From an uncultured Spirochaetota bacterium (GTDB lineage Bacteria > Spirochaetota > Spirochaetia > SZUA-6 > CAVTHK01), in the NCBI GenBank assembly GCA_963734495.1, contig CAVTHK010000002.1:32001-96000 (forward strand): 64,000 nucleotides of DNA, given 5' to 3'. The notes under the pieces were generated by a model. It was not told the DNA's origin, did no database searches, and saw only the letters and a list, made by a program, of their open reading frames with translations. A program made the position numbers and the translations under genes. The first letter of the stretch is position 1; every line of letters begins with the position of its first letter. Shown piece by piece: positions 33,212 through 43,867 of the stretch.

Positions 33212-35211
33212 GTGCGCCAGGCAAAGCCTGGGTAAGGAGGACGCCATGTGAGAACGTGACTGAAACCTTACGGAGGAACCCGGCGGGACAACCCCGCCCG
33301 GCAAAGGCTGGCGACCAGCCGGAACCGAGTGTTGCGTGGTACGGGGGTAACCCCGGCTGCGAAGCGTACACAGGGAGCGTGCAGGCCGTGTGATTGAGCC
33401 TCGAAATGAAACTGATTGCGGGGGCCGTCGTGGTTTTCTGAGCGGCGGCAGCACCGAGGTGCCGCAATCGCCTGGCACCGAGGCCCTACCGGGGTCGAAG
33501 AGCACGGCATACACGCACAGGGGTTCCCCAGGAACCTGGGAGGTCCTGTCGTCTCCATCGCTGGAGAGCGGGAAGGGCGCCCGCACAACAAAGAGCCCAG
33601 GCCCCACCTCGGCGCGCTCGACACGGTGGGGAGCGAAAGGGACGAGCGCGCGATGGTAAGCGCCGTGCGAAGGCAACGAAGCGCGGCGGGAAGGGCGGCA
33701 GGAAGTCGGAGCTCTCCACCGTACCTGTGAAGCAGGGGAACCAACCCGAGGGACCCTGTGGAGGGAGAGGGGAGCCGGGCTACGGAACCACTGGAGGGAA
33801 AGATGCAGGGAACACCGAGTCCCACAAGCGTCTCAACGAGACTACAGCGGGTAGCGGAACTGGCGAGGAAAGCACCGGAGATGGTGTTCACGACCCTGGC
33901 CCATCACATCGACCTGGAGCTGTTGCTGGAGGCCTATCGGAAGACCCGCAAGGACGGGGCGCCCGGCATCGACGGCCAGACGGCAACCGAGTACGCGGTG
34001 AAGCTGGAGGAGAACCTTCGGTCGCTGCTGGATCGGTTCAAGTCGGGCGCGTACCGAGCGCCGCCGGTGCGGCGGGTGTACATCCCCAAGGCGGACGGCA
34101 AGACGCTACGGCCCATCGGGATACCGACCTTCGAGGACAAAGTCCTGCAGAGGGCGGTGACGATGGTGCTGGAAGCGGTCTACGAGCAGGACTTTCTGGA
34201 CTGCTCGTACGGCTTCCGACCGAACCGGTCGGCCCACCAGGCGCTGGAAGCGCTATGGCAGGGACTGATGGACATGGGCGGTGGCGTGGTGATCGAAGTG
34301 GACATCAAAAGCTACTTCGACACGATTGGGCACCAGCACCTTCGGGAGTTCCTCGACAAGAGGGTGCGAGACGGAGTGCTCCGTCGAGCGATCGACAAGT
34401 GGCTGAAGGCAGGGGTGTTTGAAGACGGCAGCGTGCATCGCGCCGAGGAGGGAAGTCCCCAAGGAGGCGTGGTGTCGCCGCTGCTGGCGAACATCTACCT
34501 GCACGAAGTCTTGGACACGTGGTTCGCAGCGACCGTGGTGCCTCGCCTGCGGGCGAAGGCATTCATGGTCCGCTATGCGGACGACGCGGTCATCGTGCTT
34601 GCCTCCGAGGAGGACGCACGCAGAGTCATGGAAGTACTGGGCAAGCGGTTTGCTCGGTACGGCCTGACGCTGAATCCGACAAAGACCAGGATGGTGAACT
34701 TTCGCCGACCTGGAAGGGGCAAAGGTCCCTCTGGACCGCCGGTGGGAAGTTTCGACATGCTGGGCTTCACCTGGTTCTGGGGGAAGTCCCGCCAGGGGAA
34801 GCCCGTCGTCAAGCGCAAGACATCGTCCAGCCGTTTTCGCCGAGCGCTCGGCCGTATCGCTGACTGGTGCCGCCAACACCGGCACGAGCCCGTGGCCGCA
34901 CAGCACTTCGACCTGTGCCGGAAGCTTCAGGGGCACTACGCGTATTACGGTATCACTGGGAACGTGCGCGCCCTGAGTCGCTTTCTCCACGAGGTCGAGC
35001 GTGCATGGCGCTACTGGCTGAACCGTCGGTCAGCGCGAGCCAAGATGGTATGGGAACGCTTCCGTCGGCTGTTGCAGCATTACCCGCTGCCGCCGGTGAC
35101 GAATCGTGCACAGCGTCTACCGTATCGCAGCGAGCCCGTAGACTGAGGAGCCGGATGCGGGAAATCCGCACGTCCGGATCTGTGGGAGCCGCGGGGGGCA
35201 ACCCCCGCGGC
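33212..35211 (+). mobile_element. Group II intron, IIB-like RNA without endonuclease domain (3' end 35211-35217, uncertain)
   Basis: 5' GTGCG at 33212; candidate EBS1 TTTCTG (33435-33440) in a stem-loop pairs with the exon end CGGAAG; domain V GAGCCGGATGCGGGAAATCCGCACGTCCGGATC (35148-35180) with AGC triad; domain VI hairpin with GCAA loop; internal RT ORF. Confidence 0.92.
33803..35146 (+). CDS. ltrA: Group II intron reverse transcriptase/maturase
   Basis: [70 protein letters not shown], domain X (LQGHYAYYG); no HNH domain. Confidence 0.96.
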   Translation: MQGTPSPTSVSTRLQRVAELARKAPEMVFTTLAHHIDLELLLEAYRKTRKDGAPGIDGQTATEYAVKLEENLRSLLDRFKSGAYRAPPVRRVYIPKADGKTLRPIGIPTFEDKVLQRAVTMVLEAVYEQDFLDCSYGFRPNRSAHQALEALWQGLMDMGGGVVIEVDIKSYFDTIGHQHLREFLDKRVRDGVLRRAIDKWLKAGVFEDGSVHRAEEGSPQGGVVSPLLANIYLHEVLDTWFAATVVPRLRAKAFMVRYADDAVIVLASEEDARRVMEVLGKRFARYGLTLNPTKTRMVNFRRPGRGKGPSGPPVGSFDMLGFTWFWGKSRQGKPVVKRKTSSSRFRRALGRIADWCRQHRHEPVAAQHFDLCRKLQGHYAYYGITGNVRALSRFLHEVERAWRYWLNRRSARAKMVWERFRRLLQHYPLPPVTNRAQRLPYRSEPVD

Positions 35212-35265
35212 CGCGACGAATAGGAACGATAACGCGAATCTTGCCGCCCCTCTGCGCGAGATAGC

Positions 35266-35283
35266 GACGCTTCCGCGGAAGCG
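35266..35283. repeat. Palindrome CGCTTCCGCGGAAGCG; its 16-mer GACGCTTCCGCGGAAG also lies directly before the intron (33196-33211)
   Basis: Exact 16-bp match at 33196-33211 and 35266-35281. Confidence 0.85.
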
Positions 35284-35330
35284 CATGCGGCATCCACCTC
35301 CATCGGTCGGGCTGGTGCCGCGGCTTTGAG

Positions 35331-35386
35331 TTGACAGGCGACCGCGGAGGGGCTATAAGGACAGCCGCATCCGAGTGTTATAACGG
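35331..35386 (+). promoter_or_regulatory. Sigma-70 promoter with downstream GTTATAAC operator
   Basis: TTGACA(35331)-17 bp-TATAAG(35354); GTGTTATAACGG at 35375-35386. Confidence 0.78.
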
Positions 35387-35436
35387 CCAGCGGGGGACCG
35401 TTCGATCGTGCAAGTCCCGGCATGGGAGTGGGTTAC

Positions 35437-36510
35437 ATGGCAGACATGCTGCTGAAGGTGAAGCCGGCGCGCGAGTTCTGCGAGCGCGCGTTCGAGGCCG
35501 CGGGGCTTCCACGCGAGGACGCCGCGCTCGTGACCGACAACCTGATCCAGGCGGACCTCCGCGGGCTCGGGTCGCACGGCATCTCGCGGGTGCTGGTCTA
35601 CGTCAATCGCCTCCGGGGCGGCTGGGTCAACACCCGGCCGAACATCAAGGTCCTCCACGAAAAGCCGGGCCTGCTGCACCTCGACGGCGACAACGGGATG
35701 GGCGCCGTCGTCGGCGCCCGCGCCATGGACATGTGCATCGAGAAGGCGGCCCGGGCCGGGTCCGCGACCTGCTCCGTGCAGAAGGCGAACCACTTCGGCA
35801 TCGCCTGGTTCTACACGCAGCGGGCAGTGGCGCGTGACATGGTGGGCGTGGCCGCCTCCAACAACCCGCCGAACATGGCGCCGTGGGGCGGCATCACGCC
35901 GATGATCGGCACGAACCCCTTCAGCCTCGCCGTCCCGGCGGGAAAGCACAGGCCGATGGTGCTCGACATGTCGAGCAGCATCGTGGCGCGCGGCCGCATC
36001 AACGTGGCCGAGATCGAGAACAAGCCGATCCCGCTCGGGTGGGCGATCGACCGCGACGGCAGGCCGACGACCGACGCCGTCGAGGCGCTCAAGGGCTCGG
36101 TCCTGCCCTTCGGGCAGCACAAGGGCTACGGGATCGCGCTGATGGTCGACGTGTTCTGCGGCGTGCTCAGCGGCGCCGCGTTCAGCAATCACGTCGGGCA
36201 GCTCTGGGGCAACACGCAGAGCGTGCAGGACATCGGACTGTACTTCTTCGTCATGGACCCCGGGGCGACGATCGGAGCCGCGGGGTTCAAGGCGAGGATC
36301 GACCAGCTCATCGACGAGCTCAAGGGGTGCGAGCCGGCCGACGGCTTCAAGCAGGTGCTGGTGCCCGGCGAGATCGAGTTCGCCAACGAGGCGGCCAACG
36401 CGAAGCGCGGCATCGCCATCGGGCCGGGCGTGCTGCGGGACCTCAACAGCCTCAAGAAGGACTATCGCATCGACTTGAACCTCGAGGAGCACATCAGCGC
36501 GCCGGCCTGA
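35437..36510 (+). CDS. Ldh_2 family (malate/L-lactate/ureidoglycolate-type) oxidoreductase
   Basis: ADLRGLGSHG..R, DGDNGMG, NHFG, GTNP, LDMSSS, LPFGQHKGYG, VLVPGE. Confidence 0.92.
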   Translation: MADMLLKVKPAREFCERAFEAAGLPREDAALVTDNLIQADLRGLGSHGISRVLVYVNRLRGGWVNTRPNIKVLHEKPGLLHLDGDNGMGAVVGARAMDMCIEKAARAGSATCSVQKANHFGIAWFYTQRAVARDMVGVAASNNPPNMAPWGGITPMIGTNPFSLAVPAGKHRPMVLDMSSSIVARGRINVAEIENKPIPLGWAIDRDGRPTTDAVEALKGSVLPFGQHKGYGIALMVDVFCGVLSGAAFSNHVGQLWGNTQSVQDIGLYFFVMDPGATIGAAGFKARIDQLIDELKGCEPADGFKQVLVPGEIEFANEAANAKRGIAIGPGVLRDLNSLKKDYRIDLNLEEHISAPA

Positions 36511-36554
36511 GCCGGCGCCAAGGCCCGCGGGGCGCTGCACGAAGAGGGGGAAAC

Positions 36555-37649
36555 ATGACTTCGCGCGAACGAGTGCTCAGCGCGCTCGCATTCGAGGAGC
36601 CGGACCGCGTCCCGGTCGACTACAAGGTACGGCGCGACGTGAGCGAGAAGCTCGCCGCCCACGTGGGGGCGGCCGACCAGGAGCAGCTCTACCGGCGGCT
36701 CGGCATCGACTTCCGCAGCGTGGGCGTGCGGGAGCATCACGCGGCCTTCGAGGCGCGCACGACCGGCGCCCTCGGCGGCAGCATGGAGAAGCGCGGCAAG
36801 CGGTTCGTGTTCCGCGCCGACGGCGCGTACGAGGACGCCTGGGGCATCGCGTTCCGGCCCGGCGCCGACGGGATCTACGAGCAGTGGGTCTCCGGCCCCT
36901 TCGTCGCCACCGACGACCTCGACAGCTTCGCCTGGCCGGGCATGGACGTCTTCGACTCCGTGGAGGCGGTGAAGCGCCGCGTGGCCGCCTGGGGCGGCGA
37001 ATACGCCATCGAGGCTTCGGTCAACTACCCCTTCAAGATCTGCTGGCAGATGAGGGGCCTCGAGAACTTCCTCTGCGACACGCTGCTCGAGCCCGATTTC
37101 GCCCGGGCCCTCTGGAAGAGGGTCGCCTCCTACGAGCAGGAAAAGGCCGTGCGCGCGGCCTCGGCCGGAGTCGACGTCGTGGCGTTCGTCGGCGACATCG
37201 CGATGCAGAACCGCATGATGCTCAGCGTCCCCGCATGGAGGGCGATCGACAAGCCGCTGTTCGCGGGCATGATCGCGGCGGTCAAACGGGCCAACCCCTC
37301 GGTCCGCATCATGTACCACAGCGACGGCGACCTGCGCGAGATCATCGACGACCTGATCGAGGTCGGCGTCGAGGTCCTCAACCCGATCCAGCCCGAATCC
37401 ATGAACCCGGGCGAGCTCAAGCGGCGCTACGGCCGGCGGCTGGTGCTCAACGGAGCGGTGTCGATCCAGAGGACGCTTCCGTTCGGCTCGGTCGCCGACG
37501 TGCGCGCGGAGATCCGCTCGCTGATCGACGAGTGCGCGCCCGGAGGGGGCTTCATCCTCGCGCCTTCGAACCACATCCAGGCCGACGTCCCGTTCGAGAA
37601 CACGCTCGAGGTCTACCGCGCCGCCGGGTCGATGCAGGGGCAGGGCTGA
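36555..37649 (+). CDS. Uroporphyrinogen decarboxylase / MtaA-CmuA superfamily protein
   Basis: MTSRERVL.AL..EEPDRVPVD, MRGLENFL, GDIA.Q, YHSDG, LNPIQPE, GGGFILAPSNHIQ.DVP.EN. Confidence 0.88.
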   Translation: MTSRERVLSALAFEEPDRVPVDYKVRRDVSEKLAAHVGAADQEQLYRRLGIDFRSVGVREHHAAFEARTTGALGGSMEKRGKRFVFRADGAYEDAWGIAFRPGADGIYEQWVSGPFVATDDLDSFAWPGMDVFDSVEAVKRRVAAWGGEYAIEASVNYPFKICWQMRGLENFLCDTLLEPDFARALWKRVASYEQEKAVRAASAGVDVVAFVGDIAMQNRMMLSVPAWRAIDKPLFAGMIAAVKRANPSVRIMYHSDGDLREIIDDLIEVGVEVLNPIQPESMNPGELKRRYGRRLVLNGAVSIQRTLPFGSVADVRAEIRSLIDECAPGGGFILAPSNHIQADVPFENTLEVYRAAGSMQGQG

Positions 37650-37747
37650 ACCGTGCCGCGCCCGGCGCTCGGGGCCGGACAACCCTCGACGACCGGGACG
37701 CCGTGATATAGTATGGGCACCCGAATGCGTTTCCCGTGGAGGCGTTC

Positions 37748-39181
37748 ATGAATTTCCCCTGGCGGATCTTCATCGATCTGGGGATCATCTCCGTCGCGCT
37801 CCTCATCTCCACGGTGATCCGCGCACGGGTGCGCTTTTTCCAGCGCTACCTGATCCCCAACTCGCTCACCGCGGGGTTTCTGCTGCTCTTCTTCTACAAC
37901 TACGGCGCCCCCCACTTCGGGCTCGACATGAACGGGCTCGGGGCGCTCGCCTACCACCTGCTGAACATTTCGTTCGTGGCGATGGTCTTGCGGCACCCCG
38001 CGCCTGCCGGCGGCCGCGTGCGTCGGCGCGCCTTTGGCATGGCGGTCGGCCTCATCTCGCAGTACGCGGTGCAGGCAACCCTCGGCCTGGTGCTGACGTT
38101 CGTGTTCATCTGGACCATCATGCCCAACCTTTTCCCCACGTTCGGGTTCTTCGTGCCGCTCGGCTTTTCGCTCGGGCCCGGCCAGGCGTACGCGATCGGC
38201 GCAGGATGGGAACGCTTCGGATTCAAAGGCGGCGGCAGCATCGGGCTCACGTTCGCGGCGCTCGGCTTTCTCTGGGCCTGCTTTGGCGGCGTGCCGCTGC
38301 TGAACATCGGCATCCGCAAGGGCTGGATCAGCGGAGAGCGGCTCAAGGGCGAGGTTGCCACAAGGGGCATCTATCCCCGCGGCGGCGAGTTCCCGGTCGG
38401 CTCGCGCCTGACGACCGAGAGCGAGGCCATCGACACGATGGGCATCAACCTCGCGGTGGCGCTGTTCGTCTACCTCCTGAGCTATCTGCTTCTACAGGGC
38501 ATCACCTGGCTGCTTTCGCTCGCCGGCAGGGCCGGGCAGGACCTCGCGGTGAGCCTGTGGGGCATCGCGTTCATCTTTGCCGCAATCGTCGCCATGGTGG
38601 TGCGGGCCATCATGACCGCCACGCGCACCGACCACGTGCTCGACGACGGCACCCTCACGCGCCTCTCCGGAGCGGCGGTCGACCTCATGGTGGCCGGCTC
38701 GCTCGGCGCGGTCTCGATAGTAGTCGTGATCGAGTACTGGCTCCCCATACTGGTGATGTCCACGCTCGCTGGATTTCTCGCCGTCGTGATGCTGCCTTGG
38801 ATGGGGTCGCGCATGTTCGACGACCACCATTTCGAGCGCATGATGATCATATACGGTTGCGCCACGGGCACCCTGGCGACGGGCCTGGCGCTGTTGCGCG
38901 TGGTGGATCCGGAGTTCGAGAGCCCCGTCGCGACCGACTACATGTACTCGTCGGCCCTCGTCTTTGTCCTTGTCATCCCGATGATCATCATGATCAACCT
39001 TCCCGCGTACGGCTACACCCAGCATCAGCCGATCTACTACTGGGTTTCCCTCGCGATCTGCGTCGCGTACATGATCTTCTCGGCGATCGGCTATCAGGTG
39101 CTTGCGCGCCGAAACGCCTACCGCGAGCCATCGAAGCTCTGGCTGGCCCGCGGCGCCCGCCGCCCGGGCAAGGAGGGCTGA
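37748..39181 (+). CDS. Sodium:glutamate symporter (GltS-like) family transporter
   Basis: FFQRYLIPNSL.AG, LGFSLGPGQA, YGCATGT..TGLALLRVVDP; multiple TM helices. Confidence 0.78.
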   Translation: MNFPWRIFIDLGIISVALLISTVIRARVRFFQRYLIPNSLTAGFLLLFFYNYGAPHFGLDMNGLGALAYHLLNISFVAMVLRHPAPAGGRVRRRAFGMAVGLISQYAVQATLGLVLTFVFIWTIMPNLFPTFGFFVPLGFSLGPGQAYAIGAGWERFGFKGGGSIGLTFAALGFLWACFGGVPLLNIGIRKGWISGERLKGEVATRGIYPRGGEFPVGSRLTTESEAIDTMGINLAVALFVYLLSYLLLQGITWLLSLAGRAGQDLAVSLWGIAFIFAAIVAMVVRAIMTATRTDHVLDDGTLTRLSGAAVDLMVAGSLGAVSIVVVIEYWLPILVMSTLAGFLAVVMLPWMGSRMFDDHHFERMMIIYGCATGTLATGLALLRVVDPEFESPVATDYMYSSALVFVLVIPMIIMINLPAYGYTQHQPIYYWVSLAICVAYMIFSAIGYQVLARRNAYREPSKLWLARGARRPGKEG

Positions 39182-39184
39182 TCC

Positions 39185-40087
39185 ATGTCGCAGCCCCGCT
39201 CCCTGCCGCCGCCCACGGTCCTCACCCCGGCTGCCGGCGCCCCGACCGCCGCCGGCGCGGTCGCCGGCGCCGCGAAGCTCTACGTCCGCTGCGACGTCGA
39301 GGGAGCCAGCGGCGTCGTGAGCCCCGAGCAGGCCCGCGGGGCGGAGCAGGCCTTTGGCAGGCGCATGCTCATGGCGGACCTCAAGGCGCTCATCGAAGGT
39401 CTCCGCCAGGGCGGCGCCAGCGAGGTCCTTGTCTACGACGGTCACGACCAGGGCCTGAACGTGGACCCCGGCGAGCTGCCCCCCGGCGTGATGCTCATCA
39501 GCGGCCGGCCTCCCTATCGCCAGGACTGGAGCGGCGGGCTCGACGACACCTTTGCGGGCCTGATCCTCCTCGGCGCGCACGCGGCCGCCGGGACCGAGGT
39601 CGCGCTGCTCCCGCACACCTACGACGCGGACATCGTGGCGCTGCGGGCGAACGGCAGCGAGCTCGGCGAGATCGGGCTCGAGGCGGCGATCGCGGGCGAC
39701 CTCGGCGTGCCGCTGCTCATGATCACGGGCGACTCCGCGGCCGTGGCCGAGGGGTGCGCCGTCGCGCCCGAGGCGCTCGGCGTCGTCGTCAAGGAGGCCG
39801 TCGACCGCAGGGGCGCGCTCTGTTACGCGCTTGCGGTGACCACCGACCTGATCCGGAGGGCGGCGCAGCAGCTCGCCAAGGACCCCCCGCGCGCGACGCC
39901 GTTCAGGATCGAATCCCCGGTGACGCTCGAGGTCGAGCTCGCCCCGGGCCAGCTCCTCGACAGGATGCGCGAGCTCTTCCCGCGCGACGTCAAGGGGGAG
40001 CGCAAGGTCCGCATCAGGGGAAACACGGTGACCGAGGCCTGGGCCGGGTTCCAGGGCCGCTGGATGCGGGCGGTGCGTCGTACGTAA
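39185..40087 (+). CDS. M55 family D-aminopeptidase (DppA-like)
   Basis: KLYVRCDVEG.SGVV, VLVYDGH, GAHA.AGT, HTY, GEIG, GVPLLMITGD. Confidence 0.85.
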   Translation: MSQPRSLPPPTVLTPAAGAPTAAGAVAGAAKLYVRCDVEGASGVVSPEQARGAEQAFGRRMLMADLKALIEGLRQGGASEVLVYDGHDQGLNVDPGELPPGVMLISGRPPYRQDWSGGLDDTFAGLILLGAHAAAGTEVALLPHTYDADIVALRANGSELGEIGLEAAIAGDLGVPLLMITGDSAAVAEGCAVAPEALGVVVKEAVDRRGALCYALAVTTDLIRRAAQQLAKDPPRATPFRIESPVTLEVELAPGQLLDRMRELFPRDVKGERKVRIRGNTVTEAWAGFQGRWMRAVRRT

Positions 40088-40096
40088 ACTCCAGGC

Positions 40097-41615
40097 ATGA
40101 CCCTGCCTGCTCTCCGCGGAGCGATCGGCTCCGACCCGTCGCTCATCGAACGCTGCAGCCGCGACATGAGCCGCTACCGCGTGCGGCCTCGCCTGGTCGC
40201 CTCCCCCGCGGACGAGGGGGACGTGCTGCGCCTCCTCGCCTACGCGGCGGAGGAGCGCGTGCCGGTGACCTGCCGCGGCGCCGGCTCGAACCTGTCGGGG
40301 TCCGCGGTCGGCCCCGGCATGGTGATGCTGACCGATCGCATGAGCGGCCTGCTGGCGATCGGCGCGAGCAGCGCGACCGCGCAGCCCGGCATCAAGTACG
40401 AGCAGCTCAACCGCCTCGCCGCGGCCAAAGGCCTCGCGCTTCGCTACGACGTGAGCTCGGGGCACTTTTCGACGATCGGCGGCAACATCTCGACCAAAGC
40501 GGGCGGCCTGCGCAGCGTCCGCTACGGGAACGTGGCGCGCTGGGTCCTCGGCGTCCGCTTCGTCTCGCCGGAGCTCGGCGTCGTGGACACGCGCGTTGGG
40601 GTCCCCGCGCCCCTGGCCGCCGCCCTGCAGGCGCTGCGCTCCGATCTCCTGGCCGACGCAGCCGGCGCGGACCGCGCTGGCGCGCCGCGGCTCGCTCAAG
40701 ACGGCAAGCGGCTACAACCTGCGCGGGCTGGTCGACGCCGCAACTCCCGAAGCCATGGTCGCGCAGCTGATGGTCGGCTCGGTGGGGACGCTGGGCGTGC
40801 TCACCGAGGTCGAGGTCGCGCTCCTCCCCGCGCCGCGCGCTCAGATCCTCCTCGCCGCGTTCTTCCAGCGGCTCGAGGACGCCTGCGGCCTGGCGGCCGA
40901 GCTCGCCGCGACGGGGCCCTCCGCGCTCGAGGCGATGGACGACGAAGGGACCCGGCTGCTCCTGGCCCTGGCGCCCGCCGGCGATCTGCCGGCGGCCGCC
41001 GATGCGGGCGCGGTCCTCCTGGTGGAGCACGAGGAGTCGGCCGCAGGATCGCCCGGCGCGGTCCCACCGGATGCCGAGGCTGCGCTGCGCATCCTCAACG
41101 CGCGCGCGCTTGCCGTCTGGCGGGTGCCGCCGTCCGCGGCCGAATCCGTCTGGAACGTGCGCTGGTCCATGCTCACCTCGATCCGCCGGGCGCACGAAAC
41201 CGACGACCGGCGCTTCCTCTCGTTCGTCGACGACCTCGCCGTTCCCATCGGGGCGCTCGGGTCCTTCCTCGAGGAGGTCACGAGGATCTTTGAGGCTGAA
41301 GGTATGCGCTCGGTCATCTACGGCCATCTCGGCGAGGGCAACCTTCACATGAGACCTCTGATCGAGAGGCAGGGCTGGCGCGAACGGGTCCACCGCGTGG
41401 CCGACCGCTGCTTCGAGGCCGCGCTCCGGCGGGGCGGCACGCTCACCGCCGAGCACGGCTCCGGCCGCAACCGCGCGCCCTTTCTGGCCCGCGAGTGGGG
41501 GGAGCGGCTGTACGGCTACTTCGGGAGGGTCAAGACGATCTTCGACCCCGGCGACCTGCTGAACCCGGGGGTCATGTTCTCGGATCGCGACTTCACGGAG
41601 GAGCTGGAGTTCTGA
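40097..41615 (+). CDS. FAD-binding oxidoreductase, GlcD-like (frameshift ~40670)
   Basis: RGAGSNLSG, TIGGNI, KTASGYNL, VGSVGTLG, YGHLGEGNLH.RP, AEHGSG..R, FDPGDLLNPG. Confidence 0.85.
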
Positions 41616-41785
41616 CCCTGGCTGCCGCGCCGTGGATACGGGTCCGGCAGGGCGCGGGCTGATGCGCCGTGATGGACCGGCCGCCGCCTTCGAGGAGGCG
41701 GCTCCGGCAGCCCCTCGGGGGGCTGGGCAGAAAGGCCGCAGATGTCGATAATAGAAGGAACCACGAGTCGAAGGAGCTCTCACCT

Positions 41786-42379
41786 ATGAAGAAACTTGCG
41801 GTTCTCGCCGTGCTGGCCGTCGCGCTGGTCCTCACGGGGTGCGGAAACCCGCCGAAAGCCGACATCGACGCGGCCAAGGCGGCCTACAGCGCGGCCGTGG
41901 CGGCTCAGGCCGAAGCCTTTGCTCCCGACGCATTTGCGCGCGCCAAGGCCGCGATCGCCGCTCTCGATGCCGAGGTGGCAGCCCAGGCCCGTAAAATCTT
42001 CAAGGGCTACGACAAGGCGAAGAGTCTGGCCGCGGCCGCGCGCAAGGCCTCGGACGACGCCCGCGCCGCCGCGGAAACGCGCAAGACCGAGCTGAAGAAC
42101 GAGCTGCCCAGGACTCTCGCGTCGCTGCGGGACGGCGTGAGGACAACCCAGACCAAGCTCGCGGGCGCCCTCGCGATCCGGGGCATCAGCCTCGACGCCG
42201 CCGGGGCGAGGAACGACCTGGCCTCCGTCGCGCAGCTGCTGACCCAGGCGCAGAGCGACCTCGACGCGGGCCGGCTGGCCGACGCTTCAACGAAAGCGAA
42301 CCAGGCCCGTGACCTGCTCGCCCGCGTGAACAAGACCATCGACGACGCCCGCGCCGCCGCTACCGTAAAGAAGAGGTAG
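41786..42379 (+). CDS. Helical lipoprotein (DUF4398-like)
   Basis: MKKL-hydrophobic-LTGC lipobox; Ala-rich coiled coil with A..FAPD.F..A. Confidence 0.6.
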   Translation: MKKLAVLAVLAVALVLTGCGNPPKADIDAAKAAYSAAVAAQAEAFAPDAFARAKAAIAALDAEVAAQARKIFKGYDKAKSLAAAARKASDDARAAAETRKTELKNELPRTLASLRDGVRTTQTKLAGALAIRGISLDAAGARNDLASVAQLLTQAQSDLDAGRLADASTKANQARDLLARVNKTIDDARAAATVKKR

Positions 42380-43595
42380 CAGGCCCCTGCCTTCGGGCGC
42401 AGTCGCCCCCCGCGAGGGCGCGGCCTTCCCGGGCGCGCTCTCGGGGGGCGCGCCCGGCGCGGGCGGCGCCGTTGCGGGCGCCTCAGCCGGAACCACGTTC
42501 TGATAGTACGTCGGGTCCGCGCGCAGGAGCGCCGCCTTGAGCAGGCGCAGCCTCACCACCACGCTGCCCTGGTCCGCCGGGTACCAGAAGAAGCGGTGCC
42601 CGTCGTTTCTCCAGTAGCGCGGCTCGACCTCCCCCCTGAACGGCGGCCTCACCTGCTGCAGCCACTTCAACGAGGGATCGCGCAGGGTCGCCTTCGGATT
42701 CTCGAACCGTATGACCGAGTCGTGGACCCCGCGCTCGTCCGCGGGCGCCCAGTCGGTCGACTGCACGTAGCGGATCGCGCCGGTTCCCAGGTCGATGGAC
42801 TGGATGACGGCCGAGTGCTTGAACGTACCGTCCGTGCCGCGGAACAGGATGATGTCGCCCGGCCTCAGGTCCTCTATCCGCTCGCTCGTGACCTCGGTGT
42901 ACCGGTTGCGGGGGTCGAGGAACGACAACCCGACGTACTGCGCGGCCCGCGACGGCGCCACGGCCCAGGCGCGCCCCAGCTCGACGTCCGCGTCGACCCC
43001 GTGCGCGAGCATCACCGCCTTCTCGATGTCGTAGACGAACCCCGCGCAATCGACCCCGAGGCCGGCGACCGCGTACAGGTAGTTGTAGACGTCGGTCTGG
43101 CTCACCGTGCCGCCGAAGCGCAGCACATGGACGCGCGTCTCCGTGCCGGGGTAGGGCCCCATCTCGAGCAGCCCGAGGAGCTTGGGGTCGTACGAGACGG
43201 TGTAGCCGCGCCGCTCGAGGTCGAAGATCACCGCCTGCTCCCGCGGCTCCATCAGCCGCGTCACGTACGCGCGGAACGCGTCGGAGGCCAGGACGGCGTC
43301 GATCAGGGGCCAGAGCTGCTCGGGGGCGCCTTTGGCTCCGAGCACGAACTCCTGCGTGTAGCCGGGCGTGCCTTCGCGCTCGCCGTTCATCCCGAAGGGC
43401 ATGCGCAGGGTCATCGCCTGGCCGCCGATGCGATAGAGCTTGAAGAACCTGCGATACGCGGTATCGATCAGCCGCTCGACGGTCGCCTCGACGGGCCCCT
43501 TGACCCGCGCGGGCGCCGGGGCGGCGGGGGCGTCGGCCTCCAGTCGAGCGAGCAGCAGCAGGCTCGAAAGCCAGCCTGCCGAAGGTGCGCAGCAT
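42287..43595 (-). CDS. Probably secreted protein with NlpC/P60-like domain (frameshift near the start ~43570; 3' end overlaps the convergent gene)
   Basis: GLGVDCAGFV and DLRPGDIILF...HSAV match the NlpC/P60 Cys/His motifs; RBS GGAGAAGG before ATG 43595. Confidence 0.6.
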
Positions 43596-43867
43596 GCCTT
43601 CTCCCGTGGCGCGATTATGCCCGCCGCCGCCGCGCGCGTCCACAGGCCGGGACGGGCCGGAACGTTGCCGCCGGCGCCGCGAATGGTGTTGACCGCGCCT
43701 GACGGGCAAAGATACCTTACAAACCTGAGGGGAGAACGCCGGGCTGCGCCCGGGCCGGCCTGACAGGCGGCCCGGCCGGGGTATGCCCGGCGGAGCCCCT
43801 CGATACCAGCAGGCCTGGCCTCGACGGCCGGGCAGCCTCGCCCCGGGCGGCCAGGCAGGGAGGCACT

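Noticed and set aside
33803-35146. RT as a retron, DGR, CRISPR-associated or defence RT
   Set aside because: It has domain X and is flanked by a GTGCG 5' end and canonical domain V, so it is a group II intron maturase.
33196-35281. 16-bp direct repeat as a transposon target-site duplication
   Set aside because: Group II introns do not make TSDs, the second copy is ~55 bp beyond the intron end, and there is no transposase or terminal inverted repeat.
38206-40770. Very long alternative-frame and antisense ORFs (e.g. 38206..40770, 22944..25055, 55943..57703)
   Set aside because: Arg/Pro/Gly-rich or antisense shadows of well-supported genes, as expected at this GC content.
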